Shown: one piece after another, positions 41,454 through 52,462 of the stretch
How the letters are laid out: each line of letters opens with the position of its first letter
Numbering within the stretch: position 1 is the first letter of the stretch
DNA from: Basidiobolus meristosporus CBS 931.73
Taxonomy: Eukaryota; Fungi; Basidiobolomycota
Length of the DNA stretch: 64,000 nucleotides
NCBI GenBank assembly: GCA_002104905.1
Contig: MCFE01000358.1
Location: 1 to 64,000 of the forward strand
Reading direction: 5' to 3'
Translations under genes and position numbers: made by a program
The notes under the pieces: generated by a model
The model's database searches: none
What the model was told of the DNA's origin: nothing
What the model saw: the letters and a program-made list of their open reading frames with translations, nothing else

Positions 41454-41929
41454 ATGGAATGCATGATATTGTATAGAATTCAATCACTTTAAACATCATC
41501 ATAAGAGCATTTTTGAAACACATTATATGAATAAAGAATACATATCGAAATTTGCTAGCTTCATGTCGATACTGAATTACTCTTCATCTTTACCTAACCT
41601 AACAGGCTCTACAAAACTCCAGCTGAAGCGAATAGAATCCACGTATTGTGTACTTACGTCTATTTTTATCTTGTCTTTCCTTTGGCTATTTATCGAAGGA
41701 ATCTGATTTAATCGATTGATTTCGTATCCGATATGTCTGGTCTTCATGGAAATTAGGTGTAGGATATTGGTAGCTAATGTTTAGTGCGTTGTGGTATGCA
41801 ACACTCTGCTAAAGAGCGATATGATCGGCTCGAACAAGACTCGTACCGCACAGCTGATTGTGGCACCATACAACACCTCACATAAGTGCTAATTTTCAGT
41901 AAAAGCAGGTTGAAAAGGCCATAGTTTAC

Positions 41930-42280
41930 TCCTTATATAGCTATTGGGATAAGTATTATGATGACCCACGCATAGTAGTAAGTGAAAATGCCAGCCTTTT
42001 TTTCGGAAGATAGCACTGCAGAGAACCGAATCGGTGGCCTTCACTCATGCTTTGCCTCATTCACAGGTTTAGGCTGTGATTTCTACAACGTGCTAGATGG
42101 TTTCCTGAGTCACGATATTGTTAGGGTCAGGGTAGCCCTAACCCGTGTTCATCCCCTGAATTGACTATGACCTCTGTAGTGCCATGATGTATTTCTATGC
42201 CTGGTTATTTATTCCAGTCTTGTTCATTATACTAACTACCACAAGGACACCCTATCGGTAGGTGCGGTCATTGCATAAAT
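41930..42280 (+). pseudogene. Heavily decayed 5' fragment of an older array paralogue inside spacer 7-8
   Basis: DSTAENRIGGLHSCFASFTGLGCDFYNVLDG aligns with DNTAKNGNVALYSCFAVFGCLGGGFYNILGG; ttgggataagtatt matches ttgggacaagtact. Confidence 0.7.
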
Positions 42281-43137
42281 AATCAATTTCCTTATTACCG
42301 ACTTTCTCACCCTGCTGACCATCAGCTGAGGACGCTTTACCCTATCACTTCTGAACATCTATTTCGTAGCATGAGAGATCTCGGAAATCTGTAATTAGTC
42401 TACCAACGGGTACAGGATGGGTATTAACAGTACAGAAGCCGAGACCTAACCAATATACCCCATTTATTGCACTTCCATCATCTATTATCGCTATCTCAAT
42501 GAGAATAAACACAACCATGATTTACTCCACATAGACTTACGAAATAGTGTAATAGTCTGTTAATAATTCGGATCCGCCTTGGTAAAATTTTCTCGAACGT
42601 GGAGTATGTTCCATAAACATAAAGTGCTAAATCGTAAAGAATTTCATGAGATCGAAATAGAATTCAAGGGCAAGCAATAGCATCAGAATGGTCATCCAAT
42701 CATTCCTAATTTGGGATTCCCAGTGCCCTTGATGAAACTTGAATTGAACACGGTTCCAATTAGATCGTAGCATATATCCTAACGAAGAGATCAATACCAA
42801 CCATTTATGATCCCAAGGACCATGAGTATTTGGTTAATGGAATACTCATGGAAAAGCCTGCTCAGATCTCTGTGCAATTAGTGGCGTCGGTGATCTGGTG
42901 CTTTCTAGGACATTGAACATGCTCATGCAATTTAGCTTTGTGATGGTAAAAAACCCAGCATGACAGCAATCTAATCATTATGGGACCAGGCGGAGTTCTG
43001 GACTATTTCTGAATTCAGTAATCGCCTCAAACTCCATAGTTCCGCAAGTATATAAAGATCTGCAGTGAGGTAATCATAAGGCACAACCCTTAATACTACT
43101 CTTACTTACTCTTACTACAACTAGTTACAACTTTACA

Positions 43138-44448
43138 ATGAGAATCAACAGTCCTCTGGGACAAGTACTCCTGGTGGGTTTTGTCTGCTTCGCATGCCCC
43201 GGCATGTTCAACGTCATCAACGGTATGGGCGCCGGTGGTCAGATGGATGATAACACAGCCAAGAACGGAAATGTCGCCCTTTACTCTTGCTTTGCCGTAT
43301 TCGGATGCCTAGGTGGTGGTTTCTACAACATTCTCGGTGGTCGTCTTTGCTTGTGCCTCGGTGGTTTGACTTACGCTTTGTACTCTGGCTCGCTCCTCTA
43401 CTACAACGAGACCAAGAAGCCCGCATTCGTGATCATTGCCAGTGCCATCCTTGGTGTTGGTGCCGGTATTCTGTGGACAGCTCAGGGTGTGGTGATGATG
43501 TCGTATCCCGCGGAAGATCAGAAGGGTCGCTGTGTCGGTCTGTTCTGGATTCTGTTCAACCTGGGTGGTGTGATGGGAGCCTTCATTCCATTCGGCCTCA
43601 ACTTCCACTCTGACAAGGGAGCCGTCAGCAACAGCACCTACCTCGCCTTCCTCGTGATCATGATTCTCGGTGCTCTCCTCGGACTCATTCTCTTGCCCCC
43701 TGGCAAGGTGATCCGTGATGATGGCAGCAGAGTAGTCGTGAAGAAGTTCACCAACATCGGCGGTGAGATCGTGGACATCCTCAAGCTCTTCACCAACAAG
43801 TACATGCTCCTGCTCACCCCGTTGTTCATCAGCTCCAACTGGTTCTACTCCTACCAGTTCGGCGCCGTGAACGGAGTGTTGTTCAACCTTCGCACCCGTT
43901 CCCTCAACAACGCCTTGTACTGGGGATCTCAGATGCTTGGTGCCTACGGCTTGGGAGCCTTCCTTGATAACCCTCGCTTCGGTCGTCGCGCCAGAGCTGT
44001 GTATGGACTGGCGATTGTTGGAGCAATTTTCTCTGCCACCTGGGCCGGAGGACTTGCCCTTCAGCTCCAATACACTCGTGAGGATCACCCCTCGAACATC
44101 GACTTCATCGACCACCCCAGCGAGTTCTGGCCCAAGTTCATCCTGTACATCTTCTATGGCATGTGTGATGCCATGTTGCAAACCTATGCCTACTGGGTCA
44201 TGGGAGCCTTGTCGAACGACTCGTCAGTGCTTGCTCGCTATGCTGGCTACTACAAGGGCATCCAATCAGCCGGAGCCGCCATTGCCTGGAGAATCGATGC
44301 TGTCGGCACTGCCTTCCTTACCCAGCTGATCATCAACTGGGGACTGTTCACTCTGTCCCTTCCATTCACCTACTTCGTAGCGCGCGAGGTCAAGGAGACC
44401 TGTAACGATGGCGCTGAAGAGAAGGGTGAGGCAGCTGACAAAGAGTAA
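43138..44448 (+). CDS. NGT1: Array copy 8, intact (V>A near the C-terminus)
   Basis: 436-aa ORF. Confidence 0.85.
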   Translation: MRINSPLGQVLLVGFVCFACPGMFNVINGMGAGGQMDDNTAKNGNVALYSCFAVFGCLGGGFYNILGGRLCLCLGGLTYALYSGSLLYYNETKKPAFVIIASAILGVGAGILWTAQGVVMMSYPAEDQKGRCVGLFWILFNLGGVMGAFIPFGLNFHSDKGAVSNSTYLAFLVIMILGALLGLILLPPGKVIRDDGSRVVVKKFTNIGGEIVDILKLFTNKYMLLLTPLFISSNWFYSYQFGAVNGVLFNLRTRSLNNALYWGSQMLGAYGLGAFLDNPRFGRRARAVYGLAIVGAIFSATWAGGLALQLQYTREDHPSNIDFIDHPSEFWPKFILYIFYGMCDAMLQTYAYWVMGALSNDSSVLARYAGYYKGIQSAGAAIAWRIDAVGTAFLTQLIINWGLFTLSLPFTYFVAREVKETCNDGAEEKGEAADKE

Positions 44449-45652
44449 TTCCAAAGCATTACATTGTACAGAATTAATCAAGACTTCAATTGCAACATCA
44501 TCTCAAGAGCACTTTCGAGAGAGACATATTAATAAATGAAAACCTATCAATAGTTCCTCTCGCACCTCTCTGTGCGAAATACTTTCATTCAAAACGCTTT
44601 GTAGCTTGTAATAGATAATTTTTTTTGGAATATACTTACTAAATTTTGGTGGATAGGCTTACATGAGTGAAAATTGGGTGTATAGTGGGCAAATTCCGTA
44701 CTTGGCACTACTTAAAATCACTGTAGTGTCGATTTAAAACCGGTAATTCCTGGGTGGTAAGACTCCCTGAACCTTATTCTGGCTAGCGAGAGGGCTTGGG
44801 GAATCTATACTGTTGATAACTCTTTCTTAACCTTATCCCCAGTAAAAGACTCTGTACCCTACCTCTTTGAACTAATTACTGTGAGGTTCTCCCAAACCTA
44901 AGGAGAACGGAGTGTCTGTTAAAAGTTATAAAGTCCAGACTGGTACGATATAGTGCAACTGTTACATAACTATCACCAGTGAACAATGCGTTAGTGTTAT
45001 TTAACTAGTTGAATAAAGACTAGCGCTTACTTAACCTTTGCATTTTCTCCGCACAGACTTGCTTAAAGGGGTGACAATCAGTTCATGTTTCAATTCTGAT
45101 GTATACGAGATTTACTTGTATATGGTGTATATTCCCATACAACACACAGCATTGAAATACATGGGAGCGAAGCAGAACCGGATCGAAAACACTAATATTG
45201 AAACGGCCATCTAATCATTCCTGATATAGTGTTGCCTGTGCCCTTCTTGGAACTGGGATTGAATACTGTTCCAATTAGATCGTAGCATATATCTTAATGT
45301 AGAGATCAATACCAACCAATCATGATCACAAGGACCATGAGTATTTGGTTAATGGAATACTCATGGAAAAGCTAGCTCAGATCTCTGTGCAATTAGTGGC
45401 GTCGGTGATTCGGTGCTTTCTAGGACATTGAACATGCTCATGCAATTTAGCTTTGTGATGGTAAAAAATCCAGCTTGACAGTAATCTAGTCATTATGGGA
45501 CCAGGCGGAGTTCTGGACTAGTTCTGAATTCAGTAATCGCCTCAAACTCCGTAGCTCCACAAGTATATAAGATCTGCAGTGAGGTAATCATAAGGCACAA
45601 CCCTTAATACTACACTACTCTTACTCTTACTACAACTAGTTACAACTTTACA

Positions 45653-46963
45653 ATGAGAATCAACAGTCCTTTGGGACAAGTACTCCTGGTGGGTTTTGTC
45701 TGCTTCGCATGTCCCGGCATGTTCAACGTCATCAACGGTATGGGCGCCGGTGGTCAGATGGACGATAACACAGCCAAGAACGGAAATGTCGCCCTTTACT
45801 CTTGCTTTGCCGTGTTCGGATGCCTAGGTGGTGGTTTCTACAACATTCTCGGTGGTCGTCTTTGCTTGTGCCTCGGTGGTCTGACTTACGCTTTGTACTC
45901 TGGCTCGCTCCTCTACTACAACGAGACCAAGAAGCCCGCATTCGTGATCATTGCCAGTGCCATCCTTGGTGTTGGTGCTGGTATTCTGTGGACAGCTCAG
46001 GGTGTGGTGATGATGTCGTATCCTGCGGAAGATCAGAAGGGTCGCTGTGTCGGTCTGTTCTGGATTCTGTTCAACCTGGGTGGTGTGATGGGAGCCTTCA
46101 TTCCATTCGGCCTCAACTTCCACTCTGACAAGGGAGCCGTCAGCAACAGCACCTACCTCGCCTTCCTCGTGATCATGATTCTCGGCGCTCTCCTCGGACT
46201 CATTCTCTTGCCCCCTGGCAAGGTGATCCGTGATGATGGCAGCAGAGTAGTCGTGAAGAAGTTCACCAACATCGGCGGCGAGATCGTGGACATCCTCAAG
46301 CTCTTCACCAACAAGTACATGCTCCTGCTCACCCCGTTGTTCATCAGTTCCAACTGGTTCTACTCCTACCAGTTCGGCGCCGTGAACGGAGTGTTGTTCA
46401 ACCTTCGCACCCGTTCCCTCAACAACGCCCTTTACTGGGGATCTCAGATGCTTGGTGCCTACGGCTTAGGAGCCTTCCTTGATAACCCTCGCTTCGGTCG
46501 TCGCGCCAGAGCTGTGTATGGACTGGCCATTGTTGGAGCGATCTTCTCAGCCACCTGGGCCGGAGGTCTTGCCCTTCAGCTCCAATACACTCGTGAGGAT
46601 CACCCCTCGAACATCGACTTCATCGACCACCCCAGCGAGTTCTGGCCCAAGTTCATCCTGTACATCTTCTATGGCATGTGTGATGCCATGTTGCAAACCT
46701 ATGCCTACTGGGTCATGGGAGCCTTGTCGAACGACTCATCAGTGCTTGCTCGCTACGCTGGCTACTACAAGGGCATCCAATCAGCCGGAGCCGCCATTGC
46801 CTGGAGAATCGATGCTGTCGGCACTGCCTTCCTCACCCAGCTGATCATCAACTGGGGACTGTTCACTCTGTCTCTTCCATTCACCTACTTTGTAGCGCGC
46901 GAGGTCAAGGAGACCTGTAACGATGGCGCTGAAGAGAAGGGTGAGGTAACAGACAAAGAGTAA
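45653..46963 (+). CDS. NGT1: Array copy 9, intact (A>T near the C-terminus)
   Basis: 436-aa ORF. Confidence 0.85.
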   Translation: MRINSPLGQVLLVGFVCFACPGMFNVINGMGAGGQMDDNTAKNGNVALYSCFAVFGCLGGGFYNILGGRLCLCLGGLTYALYSGSLLYYNETKKPAFVIIASAILGVGAGILWTAQGVVMMSYPAEDQKGRCVGLFWILFNLGGVMGAFIPFGLNFHSDKGAVSNSTYLAFLVIMILGALLGLILLPPGKVIRDDGSRVVVKKFTNIGGEIVDILKLFTNKYMLLLTPLFISSNWFYSYQFGAVNGVLFNLRTRSLNNALYWGSQMLGAYGLGAFLDNPRFGRRARAVYGLAIVGAIFSATWAGGLALQLQYTREDHPSNIDFIDHPSEFWPKFILYIFYGMCDAMLQTYAYWVMGALSNDSSVLARYAGYYKGIQSAGAAIAWRIDAVGTAFLTQLIINWGLFTLSLPFTYFVAREVKETCNDGAEEKGEVTDKE

Positions 46964-48051
46964 GTCCAAACCGACGGTCAATATTTCTATCAGCTACTTC
47001 ACTACCATCCCTCATAATAGTATTAACAATAAAATTAATTCATTCTAATCATACCATATATTTACTCGCTTTATTGATTTGAAAAATATGATCTTCATCC
47101 TGTTTTTCGTGAGGCGTTTTCCATGTATATTTCGGAGTTCCCCCATGCTTTGCAAATATTCATTTGCCTGTGATTCGTTCACCAAATGTGATGGGTGCCT
47201 TTAATGCTACTAATATACACCGTTTTTCTCGGCGATTACTCATCAAAAACCACAATATAGGAGCATTTATTCTGGCTGAGTTACGTGTTTAGGTACCGGA
47301 GTCCAAAGGAAGTACTATACTTGTATCTCGTCATATCAAATTTACACATTTGCACTATTGAGTACCACAAAGTAACATATAGATGCTGATCAATTGGGGG
47401 ACGGGTAAAGTACTGCTTATGGCTGATGGGCACCAATACTACATAGTGGATTCAGCTGGGACGACCCTTCAGCCACCAACATTTCTTATAGCCCATTTCC
47501 CATACCCCGAAGGCCAAAAGCACAAGAATGGTCTGGTCTGTGGGGACGGTTTGTTCGTAATCAACAACAAGGTTTTCACTTACCAAAATTGTCAACGGAC
47601 CTAGATGGCAGCATATTGTGGAGATTGGCCTGGTCACCAATTTATCAAGTCGTACTCTCCGCAAACTGCCTGCCGAAATGGGAAGGTATACAATGACTAA
47701 TGAGAATCTTACGAGTTTTCTCACTCTCCAATCTGTGTAGATATAGTGACCTATCTCCGGATTCGGATGGACCAATGGGTAGCATTCCAATATTTACTCA
47801 AACAATAAAGTTAGAGTTCTCTAGTGTAACAGTCGAATTCCATCTCCATTTTAGTATAAATTACTCGCTGGTTTGGCAATTTCGGTAACCTTAAAGCCTC
47901 CCGTAGCGCAACTGGGTATAGTAAGCAATGGTAGCACAAGTGCTTATATGAAGTCGGTTGTATAGTAACTACAAGCTCGGGGTGTGGGTGTATATAAAGC
48001 CTTCAACCTGCTGGGTATAATCATAAGTAATTTGCTACTTTCTACTCTACA

Positions 48052-49362
48052 ATGAGAATCAACAGTCCTTTGGGACAAGTACTCCTGGTGGGTTTTGTCT
48101 GCTTCGCATGCCCCGGCATGTTCAACGTCATCAACGGTATGGGTGCCGGTGGTCAAATGGACGATAACACAGCCAAGAACGGAAATGTCGCCCTTTATTC
48201 TTGCTTTGCCGTGTTCGGATGCCTAGGTGGTGGTTTCTACAACATTCTCGGTGGTCGTCTTTGCTTGTGCCTCGGTGGTTTGACTTACGCTTTGTACTCT
48301 GGCTCGCTCCTCTACTACAACGAGACCAAGAAGCCGGCATTCGTGATCATTGCCAGTGCCATCCTTGGTGTTGGTGCCGGTATTCTGTGGACAGCCCAGG
48401 GTGTGGTGATGATGTCGTATCCCGCGGAAGATCAGAAGGGTCGCTGTGTCGGTCTGTTCTGGATTCTGTTCAACCTGGGTGGTGTGATGGGAGCCTTCAT
48501 TCCATTCGGCCTCAACTTCCACTCTGACAAGGGAGCCGTCAGCAACAGCACCTACCTCGCCTTCCTCGTGATCATGATTCTCGGCGCTCTCCTCGGACTC
48601 ATTCTCTTGCCTCCTGGCAAGGTGATCCGCGACGATGGCAGCAGAGTAGTCGTGAAGAAGTTCACCAACATCGGTGGTGAGATCGTGGACATCCTCAAGC
48701 TCTTCACCAACAAGTACATGCTCCTGCTCACCCCGTTGTTCATCAGCTCCAACTGGTTCTACTCCTACCAGTTCGGCGCCGTGAACGGAGTGTTGTTCAA
48801 CCTTCGCACCCGTTCCCTCAACAACGCCCTGTACTGGGGATCTCAGATGCTTGGTGCCTACGGCTTGGGAGCCTTCCTCGACAACCCTCGCTTCGGTCGT
48901 CGTGCCAGAGCTGTGTATGGACTGGCGATTGTTGGAGTGATCTTCTCAGCCACCTGGGCCGGAGGACTTGCCCTTCAGCTCCAATACACTCGTGAGGATC
49001 ACCCCTCGAACATCGACTTCATCGACCACCCCAGCGAGTTCTGGCCCAAGTTCATCCTGTACATCTTCTATGGCATGTGTGATGCCATGTTGCAAACCTA
49101 TGCCTACTGGGTCATGGGAGCCTTGTCGAACGACTCATCAGTGCTTGCTCGCTACGCTGGCTACTACAAGGGCATCCAATCAGCCGGAGCTGCCATTGCC
49201 TGGAGAATCGATGCTGTCGGCACTGCCTTCCTCACCCAGCTGATCATCAACTGGGGACTGTTCACTCTGTCTCTTCCATTCACCTACTTCGTAGCACGTG
49301 AGGTCAAGGAGACCTGTAACGATGGCGCTGAAGAGAAGGGCGAGGTGGCTGACAAGGAGTAA
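48052..49362 (+). CDS. NGT1: Array copy 10, intact (A>V in IVGVIFS)
   Basis: 436-aa ORF. Confidence 0.85.
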   Translation: MRINSPLGQVLLVGFVCFACPGMFNVINGMGAGGQMDDNTAKNGNVALYSCFAVFGCLGGGFYNILGGRLCLCLGGLTYALYSGSLLYYNETKKPAFVIIASAILGVGAGILWTAQGVVMMSYPAEDQKGRCVGLFWILFNLGGVMGAFIPFGLNFHSDKGAVSNSTYLAFLVIMILGALLGLILLPPGKVIRDDGSRVVVKKFTNIGGEIVDILKLFTNKYMLLLTPLFISSNWFYSYQFGAVNGVLFNLRTRSLNNALYWGSQMLGAYGLGAFLDNPRFGRRARAVYGLAIVGVIFSATWAGGLALQLQYTREDHPSNIDFIDHPSEFWPKFILYIFYGMCDAMLQTYAYWVMGALSNDSSVLARYAGYYKGIQSAGAAIAWRIDAVGTAFLTQLIINWGLFTLSLPFTYFVAREVKETCNDGAEEKGEVADKE

Positions 49363-49999
49363 AAGCATCGTGTATCTAAGTTCTGTAATAACCTACTCTA
49401 ATTGTCAATTGAATAAATAGTAATGAATATTATTGAGTTTTCAACTTCTCCCAATGACAGTTAATTGGAATGTGAACCGTATCATCAAGCTGATCTATTA
49501 GAGTTAATTTGTCCTACGTTCCACAGTGCTGTTTGATTGGATGAGTCATCATTACCTTGGAAACAGTCCAATATATAGCAAGGGTTAGAAGATGGAGCTG
49601 CTGTACCGTTGTGATCAAGTGGAGTTTGTTGTCTCTAAACTATCGATATTATAAACACACACGAAGTCTTGAATATTTCAATGCTTTGACTTCCAATGTC
49701 TTTCATAATCTGCAGGTTTACTGGTGTCACTGGCTAGTTACTGTTGGTAATACTGATCACTCCTTTGCTGTGGACAAGTAAGAGTAGGGTTCACCCGCAC
49801 TGCACGTTTAGCGTGAGAGAATTTGGTATGAGCATATCCATGTCAATAAGTGAAGTGCTCGATCACTTAACCCCTCATTTCTAGTAAACATTTTATCGAA
49901 TTCAAGTTCAAACCCGTTTCTTACAATCAAGTGCAAGTGTCACTCTGGCTAAGTGGACAGAATCTGTAAGGTTGTAGAGATGGGGCTTCTGAATATTGA

Positions 50000-50480
50000 T
50001 GAAACCGTAAAGTTGAGTCTAGTGATGTTACTATTCCTAAAGAGGGATTCTTCTGCACTCACTATGCCAATTTATTGCTGTAACAGTTTTGGGGATTCTG
50101 TGGCTTTCACTTGATGATTTAGTGAGTGGTAAATTGGGATACATACTTTTCCAGGGTCTTAAAAAGATTCCATGTAAAATATGCCTAGAGAGGTCTCAAG
50201 TGTTGTAGGAACTTGGAGGTATTGAAAGTAGTTGGGAAAATAAGCATTGTATGTGGCTTTCAATCAATGATTTATTGGATGTAAAAACAGTGTTTATACT
50301 ACTGCATAGTGCTGGCAAAAAGCCTAAAGAATATGCTCAAAAAGGTCCCAAGAGCATGTCTGCAATATATGGGGCTGTTTGGACAGCTGTGAAAATCTTC
50401 AATATTTAGGTACCTGATATTTTAATGAGATATCATAAATAGATCCTGACAAGGAATCTGGTCAAAATTATCTATAATCC
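50000..50480 (-). mobile_element. Inverted relic of the copia leader/gag start
   Basis: The reverse complement matches 53330-53395, 54635-54670 and 63780-63830. Confidence 0.55.
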
Positions 50481-51393
50481 TCCTATAACAATAATCTTGT
50501 CCTGCAGGTGGTACACATATGCTTGGTTGCCACCACTTTTGCCTTGAATATCTCTTGAATATCTGAAAAATACTTTTTGTTACTGAGCTAATATATTCCC
50601 TTGTCCTGCTGGATTCTAGTCCCCTTTATAAGTGTAAAGTGTGTGCATCATGGCTGGGAGGTGTGTTACAATAGCCATATGGTTATTTTCTCTTCTCTTA
50701 CAGCATTGCATCAAAGTAGTCCTGTCCATGGGTAAACAGCTTGACACTCAACAACATAATACTATTATATCACTTTTTAGTTAATACTCATGTGAACTTA
50801 AGACAGTCTGATGTCTGAGGTATTACACCTACATGAATGTAAGATTCAATGATAACCCACCATAGTAAGCATCATAAATAAATCTGTGGCCCCAAACACA
50901 CATGTACATAGATTGCTATTTCCCCTTATGATTGACTCACTACCATATATATATGTCACCAAAAAATGAAGTAAAGTTGTCTGGTTCCCAACCATGCCCC
51001 ATGGCTGACAGTAGCGGAAGAATGTTTGAAGAACAGCTTGTTTCAATGTTCAGTACAACAAGCAAGGTTACAACCTAAAAAGGCCATGCTGACAGTGTGC
51101 ACTCTGAAGGTAATAATGTGGACTCCTTAGGCTCTTGGTCAAGTATGCAACTAAGAATCTCTTTGGAGCTGCAAGCTGTCCATAATTCTCAGGCGGATGA
51201 GAATGCAATCAATGCAGTACCTCCAGCAGAAGACCAACAAATGGCTATTGCAGCATCCCCACCAGCAGTGTTAGCAAGTAAGTTTTCAGCTTATACCAAA
51301 GCCTTAATAAGGCATTAGGTGCAGTGGCTAATAGGATGGATGCAATGGCTTGAGAAATCAGGAAATAGTCAAAAGCCAGGATGAGCAGACAAT

Positions 51394-52127
51394 AGACTTG
51401 TTCCGTTGGATAGTGCCACATTGAGCCATGAGTGCCAAATGATGCCATAGTGTGCCAGGGAGGCCAAGTGAGCCTATACTTGGCCACAGAGTGTGAAACA
51501 CAGCTCTGCATCTTCATGCAAAGCAGCCCCTGTGTTTCACCCATTGAGCTGGAAAAAATCCATTTTTTTACCTTTTTTTTTGAATCAATGTCATGCAGGA
51601 TGTGTAAGAGCACAAAAAGATATAAGACATGCATTGGGTACTCAATACCCATGGCACTCTGAATCTAGCTCCTGTAGCTTGTATCATGTCATAAAAATGA
51701 ACGGCACTATCTTGGTCCACTGGTACTATCTGGCACTATAAGTGCTTTATATAGGTTTAACTTTAGGGCTAATATTTAAGTATAGTGCCAGATAGTACCA
51801 GTGGACCAAGATAGTGCCATTCATATTTGTGACATGATACAAGTCACAGGAACTAGATTCAGAGTGCCATGGGTGTTGAGTATCAGATGCATGTCTTCAG
51901 TCCTTCTGTGCTCTCACACATCCTGAACAATATTGATTCAAAAAAAAAGGTCAAAAAATGGATTTTCTCCAGCTCAATGGGTGAAACACAGGGGCTGCTT
52001 TGCATGAAGATGCAGAGCTGTGTTTCACACTCTGTGGCCAAGTATAGGCTCACTTGGCCTCCCTGGCACAGTATGGCATCATTTGGCACTCATGGCTCAA
52101 TGTGGCACTATCCAACAGAACAAGTCT
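51394..52127. mobile_element. Foldback / long-TIR non-autonomous DNA element, 734 bp, ~347-bp arms, 40-bp spacer, AAT target-site duplication
   Basis: AGACTTGTTCC...GAACAAGTCT ends; the arms are reverse complements; AAT at 51391-51393 and 52128-52130. Confidence 0.85.
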
Positions 52128-52462
52128 AATATGTGTAGAGCAATCAATTTCCCAGGTAGAGAATCAGTATCTCTGCTGCAAAGAAGGAACTCTAGTAGCT
52201 CAATGTCACAGTCAAGAACTGAGTCATCCCACAATATGACAGCAGAGGAACACTGTAAATTCTTTGAAGCACAACAACAGTGCCCAAAGATAAAGCCCCC
52301 AGAGCAACCTATTGCAGCATGGAAGAGAGAGACTGTCATCTTTATACTGAAGCCTAAAAGTCAAATGTCACTGAAGATTGGTGAAGTCATTGAGTGTTAT
52401 AATGAAGAGTAGGCTAGTTCTCAGGAGGACATAAGAAGACTAACATGCCATCACCTGAAGGC

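Noticed and set aside
25648-44181. Conserved 290-aa antisense ORF in copies 1, 4, 6 and 8
   Set aside because: It is broken in intact copies 9 and 10 and is expected from strong C-ending codon bias on the sense strand.
47383-47790. Short ORFs in spacer 9-10
   Set aside because: No recognisable motif or codon bias.
25477-49362. The whole array as an assembly over-expansion
   Set aside because: Each copy has distinct flanks and its own SNP combination, which false duplication would not create.
50660-51065. Second solo LTR starting TGTTACA
   Set aside because: No matching target-site duplication was found for any plausible end.
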